This document shows positions 11,161 through 22,600 of a stretch of DNA of 64,000 nt, in pieces. A model generated the notes under the pieces. It was not told the origin of the DNA, searched no databases, and saw only the letters and a program-made list of their open reading frames with translations. The position numbers and the translations under genes are program-made. Each line of letters opens with the position of its first letter. The stretch's first letter is position 1. Source of the stretch: Eledone cirrhosa (lineage: Eukaryota); assembly GCA_964016885.1 (NCBI GenBank), contig OZ024743.1:136772001-136836000 (forward strand), written 5' to 3'.

Positions 11161-13779
11161 GGTGCTTGGTGTTTGCTGTTTGGTGTTTGGTGTTTGCTGT
11201 TTGCTGTTTGGTGTTTGGTGCTGGGTGCTTGGTGTTTGGTGTTTGATGCTTGGTGTTTGATGCTTGGTGCTTGGTGCTTGGTGTTTGGTGTTTGGTGTTT
11301 GCTGTTTGGTGTTTGGTGCTTGGTGCTTGGTGCTTGGTGTTTGGTGCTTGGTGCTTGGTGTTTGGTGCTTGGTGCTTGATGGTTGGTGTTTGTACTTGGT
11401 GCTTGGTGCTTGGTGTTTTGTGCTTGATTCTTGGTGTTTGGTGCTTGGTGTTTGCTGCTTAGTGCTTGGTTTTTGATGTTTGGTGCTTGGTGTTTGGTGC
11501 TTGGTGCTTGGTGCTTGGTGTTAGGTGTTTGGTGCTTGGTGTTTGGTGTTTGGTGCTTCATGCTTGGTGCTTGGTGTTTGGTGCTTGGTGCTTGGTGTTT
11601 GGTGCTTGGTGCCTGGTGTTTGGTGCTTGATGCTTGGTGTTTGGTGTTTGGTGCTTGGTGTTTGGTGCTTGGTGCTTGGTGCTTGGTGTTAGGTGTTAGG
11701 TGTTTGATGCTTCGTGTTTGCTGTTTGGTGTTTGTTGTTTGCTGTTTGTTATTTGGTCTTTGGTGCTTGGTCTTTGGTGCTTGGTGTTTGGTGCTTGGTG
11801 TTTGGTGTTTGGTGTTTGGTGCTTGGTGCCTGGTGCTTGTTGTTTGGTGATTGGTGCTTGGTGTTTGCTGTTTGGTGTTTGGTGTTTGGTGTTTGCTGTT
11901 TTGTGTTTGGTGCTTGGTGCTTGGTGCTTGGTGTTTGGTGTTTGGTGCTTGGTGTTTGGTGCTTGGTGCTTGATGCTTGGTGTTTGTACTTGGTGCTTGG
12001 TGCTTGGTGTTTTGTGCTTGATTCTTGGTGTTTGGTGCTTGGTTTTTGGTGCTTAGTGCTTGGTGTTTGGTGTTTGGTGCTTGGTGTTTGGTGCTTGGTG
12101 CTTGGTGCTTGGTGTTAGGTGTTTGGTGCTTGGTGTTTGGTGTTTGGTGCTTCATGCTTGGTGCTTGGTGTTTGGTGCTTGGTGCTTGCTGTTTGGTGCT
12201 TGGTGTCTGGTGCATGGTGTTTGGTGCTTGATGCTTGGTGTTTGGTGTTTGGTGCTTGGTGTTTGGTGCTGGGTGCTTGGTGCTTGGTGTTAGGTGTTAG
12301 GTGTTTGGTGATTGGTGCTTGGTGTTTGGTGCTTGGTGCTTGATGTTTGGTGCTTGGTGCTTGGTGTTTGGTGCTTGGTGTTTGGTGCTTGGTACTTGGG
12401 GCTTGGTGTTTGGTGCTTGGTGCTTGGTGTTTGGTGCTTGGTGTTTGGTGTTTGGTGCTTGGTGTTTGGTGCTTGGTGCTTGGTGCTGGGTGGTTGGTGT
12501 TTGGTGCTTGGTGCTTGGTGTTTGGTGCTTGGTGCTTGGTGTTTGGTGCTTGGCGCTTGGTGCTTGGTCTTTGGTGCTTGGTGATTAGTGTTTGGTGCTT
12601 GGTGCTTGGGGTTTGGTGTTTGGTGCTTGGTGCTTGGTGTTTGGTGCTTGGTGCTTGGTGTTTGGTGCTTGATGTTTGGTTTTTGCTGTTTGGTGTTTGG
12701 TGTTTGCTGTTTGCTGTTTGCTGTTTGGTGTCTGCTTTTTGGTGTTTGGTGTTTGCTGTATCGTGTTTGCTGTTTCGTGTTTATTGTTTGCTGTTTTGTG
12801 TTTGGTGTTTGGTGTTTGGTGTTTCCTGTTTGGTGTTTAGTCTTTGGTGCTTGGTGTTTGGTGCTTGGTGCTTGGTGTTTGGTGTTTGGTGCTTGGTGCT
12901 TGGTGTTTGGTGCTTGGTGCTTGTTGTTTGGTGATTGGTGCTTGGTGCTTGGTGTTTGGTGTTTGGTGCTTGGGGCTTGGTGTTTGGTGCTGCGTGCTTG
13001 GTGCTTGGTACTTGGTGCTTGGTGCTTGGTGTTTGGTGTTTGATCATTGGTGTTTGGTGTTTGGTGTTTGGTGCTTGGTGTTTGGTGTTTGATGCTTGCT
13101 GCTTGATGCTTGGTGCTTGGTGCTTGGTGTTTGGTGCTTGGTGCTTGGTACTTGGTTTTTGGTTCTTGGTGTTTGCTGTTTGCTGTTTGGTGTTTGGTGT
13201 TTGCTGTTTGCTGTTTGGTGTCTGCTTTTGGGTGTTTGTTGTTTGCTCTATGGTGTTTGCTGTTTCATGTTTGGTGTTTGCTGTTTGGTGTTTGTTGTTT
13301 GGTGTTTGGTGCTTGGTGTTTGGTGCTTGGTGCTTGGTGTTTGGTGTTTGGTGCTTGGTACTTGGGGCTTGGTGTTTGGTGCTTGGTGCTTCGTGCTTGG
13401 TGTTTGGTGCTTGGTGCTTGGTGTTTGGTGTTTGGTGCTTGGTGCCTGGTGCTTGTTGTTTGGTGATTGGTGCTTGGTGTTTGCTGTTTGGTGCTGCGTG
13501 CTTGGTGCTTGGTGCTTGGTGCTTGGTGCTTGGTGTTTTGTGTTTGGTGTTTGATGCTTGGTGTTTGGTGTTTGGTGCTTGGTGCTTGGTGTTTGGTGTT
13601 TGATGCTTGGTGCTTGATGCTTGGTGCTTGGTGCTTGGTGTTTGGTGCTTGGTGCTTGGTGTTTGTACTTGGTGTTTGGTGCTTGGTGTTTGGTGCTTGG
13701 TGCTTGGTGTTTGGTGCTTGGTGCTTGGTGTTTTGTGTTTGGTGCTTGGTGTTTGGTGCTTGGTGCTTGGTGCTTGGTG

Positions 13780-16700
13780 TTAGGTGTTTGGTGCTTCATG
13801 CCTGGTGCTTGGTGTTTGGTGCTTGGTGCTTGGTGTTTGGTGCTTGGTGCCTGGTGCATGGTGTTTGTTGCTTGGTGCTTGGTGTTTGGTGTTTGGTGCT
13901 TGGTGTTTGGTGCTTGGTGCTTTGTGTTAGGTGTTAGGTGTTTGGTGCTTGGTGCTTGGTCCTTGGTGTTTGGTGTTTGGTGTTTGGTGCTTGCTGCTTG
14001 CTGCTTGGTGTTTGGTGCTTGGTGATTGGTGCTTGGTGTTTGGTGCTTGGTGCTTGGTGTTTGGTGCTAGGTGCTTGGTGCTTGGTGCTTGGTGTTTGGT
14101 GTTTGGTGCTTGGTACTTGGGGCTTGGTGTTTGGTGCTTGGTGCTTCGTGTTTGGTGTTTGGTGCTTGGTGCTTGGTGTTTGGTGTTTGGTGCTTGCTAC
14201 GTTGTGCTTGGTGCTTGGTGTTAGGTGTTTGGTGCTTGGTGCGTGGTGTTTGGTTTTTGGTGCTTGGTGCTTGGTGGTTGGTGTTTGGTGCTTGCTGCTG
14301 GCTGCTTGGTGTTTGGTGCTTGGTGATTGGTGCTTGGTGATTGGTGCTTGGTGTTTGGTGCTTGGTGTTTGGTGTTTGGTGCTAGGTGCTTGGTGTTTGG
14401 TGTTTGGTGCTTGGTGCTTGGTGTTTGGTGTTTGGTGCTTGGTGCTTGGTGTTTGGTGCTTGGTGCTGGGTGGTTGGTGTTTGGTGCTTGGTGTTTGGTG
14501 CTGGGTGCTTGGTGTTAGGTGCTTGGTGCTTGGTCTTTGGTGCTTGGTGTTTGGTGTTTGGTGCTTGGTGCTTGGTGCTTGGTGTTTGGTGCTTGGTGCT
14601 TGGTGTTTGGTGCTTGGTGCTTGGTGTTTGGTGCTTGGTGATTAGTGTTTGGTGCTTGGTGCTTGGGGTTTGGTGTTTGGTGCTTGGTGCTTGGTGTTTG
14701 GTGCTTGGTACTTGGTGTTTGGTGCTTGGTGTTTGGTGTTTGCTGTTTGGTGTTTGGTGTTTGGTGTTTGATGTTTGCTGTTTGGTGTCTGCTTTTTGGT
14801 GTTTGGTGTTTGCTGTATGGTGTTTGCTGTTTCGTGTTTGGTGTTTGCTGTTTGGTGTTTGGTGTTTGCTGTTTGGTGTTTGGTATTTGGTGCTTGGTGC
14901 TTGGTGCTTGGTGTTTGCTGTTTGGTGCTTGGTGCTTGGTGCTTGGTGTTTGGTGCTTGGTGCTTGGTGTTTGGTGCTGGGTGCTTGGTGTTTGGTGCTT
15001 GGTGCTTGGTGCTTGGTGTTTGGTGCTGGGTGCTTGGTGTTTGGTGTTTGGTGTTATATGCTTGGTGTTTGATGCTTGGTGCTTGGTGCTTGTTGTTTGG
15101 TGTTTGGTGCTTGGTGTTTGATGCTTGGTGTTTGATGCTTGCTGCTTGGTGCTTGGTGTTTGGTGCTTGGTGCTTGGTGTTTGTACTTGGTGCTTGGTGC
15201 TTGGTTCTTTGTGTTTGGTGCTTGGTGCTTGGTGCTTGGTGCTTTGTGTTTGGTGCTTGGTGTTTGGTGCTTGGTGTTTGGTGCTTGGTGCCTGGTGCTT
15301 TGGTGCTTGGTACTTCGTGTTTGGTGCTTGGTGTTTGGTGCTTGGTGTTAGGTGTTTGGTGCTTGGTGCTTGGTGTTTGGTGTTTGGTGCTTGGTGTTTG
15401 GTGCTTGGTGCTTGGTGTTTGGTGTTTGGTGCTTGGTGTTTGGTGCTTGGTACTTGGTGCTTGGTGCTTGGTGTTAGGTGTTTGGTGCTTGGTGTTTGGT
15501 TTTTGGTGCTTGGTGCTTGGTGTTTGGTGTTTGGTGCTTGCTGCTGGCTGCTTGGTGCTTGGTGATTGGGGCTTGGTGTTTGGTGCTTGGTGTTTGGTGT
15601 TTGGTTCTAGGTGCTTGGTGCTTGGTGTTTGGTGCTTGGTGTTTGGTGTTTGGTGTTTGGTGCTTGGTGCTTGGTGTTTGGTGCTTGGTGCTGGGTGGTT
15701 GGTGTTTGGTGCTTGGTGTTTGGTGCTGGGTGCTTGGTGTTTGGTGCTTGGTGCTTGGTCTTTGGTGCTTGGTGTTTGGTGTTTGGTGCTTGGTATTTGG
15801 TGTTTGGTTCTTGGTGCTTGGTGTTTGGTGCTTGGTGCTTAGTGTTTGGTGCTAGGTGCTTGGGGTTTGGTGTTTGGTGCTTGGTGTTTGGTGCTTGGTG
15901 CTTGGTGTTTGGTGTTTGGTGTTTGGTGCTTGGTGCTTGGTATTTGGTGTTTGCTGTTTACTGTTTGGTGTTTGTTGTTTGGTGTTTGTTGTTTGGTGTT
16001 TGTCGTTTGGTGTTTGTTGTTTGTTGTTTGCTGTTTGGTGTTTGGTGTTTGTTGTTTGGTGTTTGCTGTTTGGTGTCTGCTTTTTGGTGTTTGGTGTTTG
16101 CTGTATGTTGTTTGCTGTTTGGTGTTTGGTGTTTGGTATTTGGTGTTTGGTGCTTGGTGCTTGGTGTTTGGTGCTTGGTGCTTGGTGTTTGGTGCCTGGT
16201 GCTTGGTGCTTGGTGTTTGGTGTTTGGTGCTTGGTGCTTGGTGGTTGGAGTTTGGTGTTTGCTGCTTGTTGCTTGCTGTTTTGTGTTTGGTGTTTGGTTT
16301 TTGGTGCTTGGTGCTTGGTGCTTGGTCCTTGGTGTTTGGTGCTGGGTGCTTTGTGTTTGGTGCTTGGTGCTTCGTGCTTGGTGTTTGGTGCTTGCTGCTT
16401 GGTGTTTGGTGCTTGGTGCTTGGTGCTTGGTGTTTTGTGTTTGGTGCTTGGTGCTTGGTGTTTGTACTTGGTGCTTGGTGCTTGGTGTTTGGTTCTTGGT
16501 TCTTGGTGTTTGGTACTTGGTGCTTGCTGCTTGGTGCTTGGTGTTTGGTGCTTGGTGCTTGGTGCTTGGTGTTAGGTGTTTGGTGCTTCATGCCTGGTGC
16601 TTGGTGTTTGGTGCTTGGTGCTTGGTGTTTGGTGCTTGGTGCCTGGTGCATGGTGTTTGTTGCTTGGTGCTTGGTGTTTGGTGTTTGGTGCTTGGTGTTT

Positions 16701-19340
16701 GGTGCTTGGTGCTTTGTATTAGGTGTTAGGTGTTTGGTGCTTGGTGCTTGGTCCTTGGTGTTTGGTGTTTGGTGTTTGGTGCTTGCTGCTTGCTGCTTGG
16801 TGTTTGGTGCTTGGTGATTGGTGCTTGGTGTTTGGTGCTTGGTGCTTGGTGTTTGGTGCTAGGTGCTTGGTGCTTGGTGCTTGGTGTTTGGTGTTTGGTG
16901 CTTGGTACTTGGGGCTTGGTGTTTGGTGCTTGGTGCTTCGTGTTTGGTGTTTGGTGCTTGGTGCTTGGTGTTTGGTGTTTGGTGCTTGCTACGTTGTGCT
17001 TGGTGCTTGGTGTTAGGTGTTTGGTGCTTGGTGCGTGGTGTTTGGTTTTTGGTGCTTGGTGCTTGGTGGTTGGTGTTTGGTGCTTGCTGCTGGCTGCTTG
17101 GTGTTTGGTGCTTGGTGATTGGTGCTTGGTGATTGGTGCTTGGTGTTTGGTGCTTGGTGTTTGGTGTTTGGTGCTAGGTGCTTGGTGTTTGGTGTTTGGT
17201 GCTTGGTGCTTGGTGTTTGGTGTTTGGTGCTTGGTGCTTGGTGTTTGGTGCTTGGTGCTGGGTGGTTGGTGTTTGGTGCTTGGTGTTTGGTGCTGGGTGC
17301 TTGGTGTTAGGTGCTTGGTGCTTGGTCTTTGGTGCTTGGTGTTTGGTGTTTGGTGCTTGGTGCTTGGTGCTTGGTGTTTGGTGCTTGGTGCTTGGTGTTT
17401 GGTGCTTGGTGCTTGGTGTTTGGTGCTTGGTGATTAGTGTTTGGTGCTTGGTGCTTGGGGTTTGGTGTTTGGTGCTTGGTGCTTGGTGTTTGGTGCTTGG
17501 TACTTGGTGTTTGGTGCTTGGTGTTTGGTGTTTGCTGTTTGGTGTTTGGTGTTTGGTGTTTGATGTTTGCTGTTTGGTGTCTGCTTTTTGGTGTTTGGTG
17601 TTTGCTGTATGGTGTTTGCTGTTTCGTGTTTGGTGTTTGCTGTTTGGTGTTTGGTGTTTGCTGTTTGGTGTTTGGTATTTGGTGCTTGGTGCTTGGTGCT
17701 TGGTGTTTGCTGTTTGGTGCTTGGTGCTTGGTGCTTGGTGTTTGGTGCTTGGTGCTTGGTGTTTGGTGCTGGGTGCTTGGTGTTTGGTGCTTGGTGCTTG
17801 GTGCTTGGTGTTTGGTGCTGGGTGCTTGGTGTTTGGTGTTTGGTGTTATATGCTTGGTGTTTGATGCTTGGTGCTTGGTGCTTGTTGTTTGGTGTTTGGT
17901 GCTTGGTGTTTGATGCTTGGTGTTTGATGCTTGCTGCTTGGTGCTTGGTGTTTGGTGCTTGGTGCTTGGTGTTTGTACTTGGTGCTTGGTGCTTGGTTCT
18001 TTGTGTTTGGTGCTTGGTGCTTGGTGCTTGGTGCTTTGTGTTTGGTGCTTGGTGTTTGGTGCTTGGTGTTTGGTGCTTGGTGCCTGGTGCTTTGGTGCTT
18101 GGTACTTCGTGTTTGGTGCTTGGTGTTTGGTGCTTGGTGTTAGGTGTTTGGTGCTTGGTGCTTGGTGTTTGGTGTTTGGTGCTTGGTGTTTGGTGCTTGG
18201 TGCTTGGTGTTTGGTGTTTGGTGCTTGGTGTTTGGTGCTTGGTACTTGGTGCTTGGTGCTTGGTGTTAGGTGTTTGGTGCTTGGTGTTTGGTTTTTGGTG
18301 CTTGGTGCTTGGTGTTTGGTGTTTGGTGCTTGCTGCTGGCTGCTTGGTGCTTGGTGATTGGGGCTTGGTGTTTGGTGCTTGGTGTTTGGTGTTTGGTTCT
18401 AGGTGCTTGGTGCTTGGTGTTTGGTGCTTGGTGTTTGGTGTTTGGTGTTTGGTGCTTGGTGCTTGGTGTTTGGTGCTTGGTGCTGGGTGGTTGGTGTTTG
18501 GTGCTTGGTGTTTGGTGCTGGGTGCTTGGTGTTTGGTGCTTGGTGCTTGGTCTTTGGTGCTTGGTGTTTGGTGTTTGGTGCTTGGTATTTGGTGTTTGGT
18601 TCTTGGTGCTTGGTGTTTGGTGCTTGGTGCTTAGTGTTTGGTGCTAGGTGCTTGGGGTTTGGTGTTTGGTGCTTGGTGTTTGGTGCTTGGTGCTTGGTGT
18701 TTGGTGTTTGGTGTTTGGTGCTTGGTGCTTGGTATTTGGTGTTTGCTGTTTACTGTTTGGTGTTTGTTGTTTGGTGTTTGTTGTTTGGTGTTTGTTGTTT
18801 GGTGTTTGTTGTTTGTTGTTTGCTGTTTGGTGTTTGGTGTTTGTTGTTTGGTGTTTGCTGTTTGGTGTCTGCTTTTTGGTGTTTGGTGTTTGCTGTATGT
18901 TGTTTGCTGTTTGGTGTTTGGTGTTTGGTATTTGGTGTTTGGTGCTTGGTGCTTGGTGTTTGGTGCTTGGTGCTTGGTGTTTGGTGCCTGGTGCTTGGTG
19001 CTTGGTGTTTGGTGTTTGGTGCTTGGTGCTTGGTGGTTGGAGTTTGGTGTTTGCTGCTTGTTGCTTGCTGTTTTGTGTTTGGTGTTTGGTTTTTGGTGCT
19101 TGGTGCTTGGTGCTTGGTCCTTGGTGTTTGGTGCTGGGTGCTTTGTGTTTGGTGCTTGGTGCTTCGTGCTTGGTGTTTGGTGCTTGCTGCTTGGTGTTTG
19201 GTGCTTGGTGCTTGGTGCTTGGTGTTTTGTGTTTGGTGCTTGGTGCTTGGTGTTTGTACTTGGTGCTTGGTGCTTGGTGTTTGGTTCTTGGTTCTTGGTG
19301 TTTGGTACTTGGTGCTTGCTGCTTGGTGCTTGGTGTTTGG
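13780..19340 (+). repeat. 2792-bp near-perfect tandem higher-order duplication (2 copies, junction ~16570)
   Basis: ORF pairs 13931/16723, 14386/17178, 14775/17567, 15478/18270 and 15846/18638 all share offset 2792. Point differences seen at 13926G/16718A and 16004C/18796T. Confidence 0.95.
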
Positions 19341-19699
19341 TGCTTGGTGTTTGGTGCTTGGTGCTTGGTGTTTGGTGCTTGGTGTTTGGTGTTTGGTGCT
19401 TGGTGCTTGGTGTTTGGTGTTTGGTGTTTGCTGTTTGCTGTTTGCTGTTTGGTGTCTGCTTTTTGGTGTTTGGTGTTTGCTGTATGGTGTTTGCTGTTTC
19501 GTGTTTGGTGTTTGCTGTTTGGTGTTTGGTCTTTGGTGCTTGGTGTTTGGTGCTTGGTGCTTAGTGTTTGGTGTTTGGTGCTTGGTGCTTGGTGTTTGGT
19601 GTTTGGTGCTTGGTGCTTGGTGCTTGGTATTTGGTGTTTGGTGCTTGGTGTCTGGTGCTTGGTGTTTGGTGCTTGGTGTTTGGTGTTTGGTGTTTGGTG

Positions 19700-22600
19700 C
19701 TTGGTGCTTGGTATTTGGTGTTTGGTGCTTGGTGTCTGGTGCTTGGTGTTTGGTGCTTGGTGTTTGGTGTTTGGTGTTTGGTGCTTGGTGCTTGGTGTTT
19801 GGTGTTTGGTGTTTGGTGTTTGGTGTTTGCTGTTTGGTGTCTGCTTTTTGGTGTTTGGTGTTTGCTGTATGGTGTTTGCTGTTTCGTGTTTGGTGTTTGC
19901 TGTTTGGTGTTTGGTGTTTGCTGTTTGGTGTTTGGTCTTTGGTGCTTGGTGTTTGGTGCTTGGTGTTTGGTGTTTGGTGCTTGGTGCTTGGTGTTTGGTA
20001 TTTGGTGCTTGGTACTTGGTGCTTGGTGTTTGGTGTTTGGTGCTTGGTGCTTGGTGCTTGGTGTTTGGTGCTTGGTGCTTGGTGTTTGGTGCTGGGTGCT
20101 TGGTGTTTGGTGCTTGGTGCTTGGTGTTTGGTGCTGGGTGCTTGGTGTTTGGTGTTTGGTGTTATATGCTTGGTGTTTGATGCTTGGTGCTTGGTGCTTG
20201 TTGTTTGGTGTTTGGTGCTTGGTGTTTGATGCTTGGTGTTTGATGTTTGGTGCTTGGTGCTTGGTGTTTGGTGCTTGGTGCTTGGTGTTTGTACTTGGTG
20301 CTTGATGCTTGGTTCTTTGTGTTTGGTGCTTGGTGCTTGGTGCTTGGTGCTTTGTGTTTGGTGCTTGGTGTTTGGTGCTTGGTGTTTGGTGCTTGGTGCC
20401 TGGTGCTTGGTGCTTGGTGCTTGGTGTTTGGTGCTTCGTGTTTGGTGCTTGGTGTTAGGTGTTTGGTGCTTGGTGCTTGGTGTTTGGTGTTTGGTGCTTG
20501 GTGTTTGGTGCTTGGTGCTTGGTGTTTGGTGTTTGGTGCTTGGTGTTTGGTGCTTGGTACTTGGTGCTTGGTGCTTGGTGTTAGGTGTTTGGTGCTTGGT
20601 GTTTGGTTTTTGGTGCTTGGTGCTTGGTGTTTGGTGTTTGGTGCTTGCTGCTGGCTGCTTGGTGCTTGGTGATTGGGGCTTGGTGTTTGGTGCTTGGTGT
20701 TTGGTGTTTGGTGCTAGGTGCTTGGTGCTTGGTGTTTGGTGCTTGGTGTTTGGTGTTTGGTGTTTGGTGCTTGGTGCTTGGTGTTTGGTGCTTGGTGCTG
20801 GGTGGTTGGTGTTTGGTGCTTGGTGTTTGGTGCTGGGTGCTTGGTGTTTGGTGCTTGGTGCTTGGTCTTTGGTGCTTGGTGTTTGGTGTTTGGTGCTTGC
20901 TGCTTGGTGTTTGTTTCTTGGTGCTTGGTGTTTGGTGCTTGGTGCTTAGTGTTTGGTGCTTGGGGTTTGGTGTTTGGTGCTTGGTGTTTGGTGCTTGGTG
21001 CTTGGTGTTTGGTGTTTGGTGTTTGGTGCTTGGTGCTTGGTATTTGGTGTTTGCTGTTTACTGTTTGGTGTTTGGTGTTTGGTGTTTGTTGTTTGGTGTT
21101 TGTTGTTTGGTGTTTGTTGTTTGGTGTTTGCTATTTGGTGTTTGGTGTTTGTTGTTTGGTGTTTGCAGTTTGGTGTCTGCTTTTTGGTGTTTGGTGTTTG
21201 CTGTATGTTGTTTGCTGTTTGGTGTTTGGTGTTTGGTATTTGGTGTTTGGTGCTTGGTGTTTGCTGCTTAGTGCTTGGTGTTTGGTGTTTGGTGCTTGGT
21301 GTTTGGTGCTTGGTGCTTGGTGCTTGGTGTTAAGTGTTTGGTGCTTGGTGTTTGATGTTTGGTGCTTCATGCTTGGTGCTTGGTGTTTGGTGCTTGGTGC
21401 CTGGTGCATGGTGTTTGGTGCTTGATGCTTGGTGTTTGGTGTTTGGTGCTTGGTGTTTGGTGCTTGGTGCTTGGTGCTTGGTGTTAGGTGTTAGGTGTTT
21501 GATGCTTGGTGCTTGGTGTTTGGTGTTTGGTGTTTGGTGTTTGCTGTTTGGTGTTTGGTCTTTGGTGCTTGGTCTTTGGTGCATGGTGTTTGGTGCTTGG
21601 TGCTTGGTGTTTGGTGCTTGGTGCCTGGTGCTTGTTGTTTGGTGATTGGTGCTTGGTGTTTCCTGTTTGGTGTTTGGTGTTTGGTGTTTGCTGTTTTGTG
21701 TTTGGTGCTTGGTGCTTGGTGCTTGGTGTTTGGTGCTTGGTGCTTGGTGTTTGGTGCTTGGTGCTTGATGCTTGGTGTTTGTACTTGGTGCTTGGTGCAT
21801 GGTGTTTTGTGCTTGATTCTTGGTGTTTGGTGCTTGGTGTTTGGTGATTAGTGCTTGGTGTTTGGTGTTTGGTGCTTGGTGCTTGGTGCTTGGTATTTGG
21901 TGTTTGGTGCTTGGTGCCTGGTGCATGGTGTTTGGTGCTTGATGCTTGGTGTTTGGTGTTTGGTGCTTGGTGTTTGGTGCTTGGTGCTTGGTGCTTGGTG
22001 TTAGGTGTTAGGTGTTTGGTGATTGGTGCTTGGTGTTTGGTGCTTGGTGCTTGATGTTTGGTGCTTGGTGCTTGGTGTTTGGTGCTTGGTGTTTGGTGCT
22101 TGGTACTTGGGGCTTGGTGTTTGGTGCTTGGTGCTTGGTGCTTGGTGTTTGGTGCTTGGTGCTTGGTGTTTGGTGTTTGGTGCTTGGTGTTTGGTGCTTG
22201 GTGCTTGGTGCTGGGTGGTTGGTGTTTGGTGCTTGGTGCTTGGTGTTTGGTGCTTGGCGCTTGGTGCTTGGTGTTTGGTGCTTGGTGATTAGTGTTTGGT
22301 GCTTGGTGCTTGGGGTTTGGTGTTTGGTGCTTGGTGCTTGGTGTTTGGTGCTTGGTGCTCGGTGTTTGGTGCTTGGTGTTTGGTTTTTGCTGTTTGGTGT
22401 TTGGTGTTTGCTGTTTGGTGTCTGCTTTCTGGTGTTTGGTGTTTGCTGTATCGTGTTTGCTGTTTCGTGTTTATTGTTTGCTGTTTGGTGTTTGTTGTTT
22501 GGTGTTTGGTGTTTCCTGTTTGGTGTTTAGTCTTTGGTGTTTGGTGTTTGGTGCTTGGTGCTTGGTGTTTGGTGTTTGGTGCTTGGGGCTTGGTGTTTGG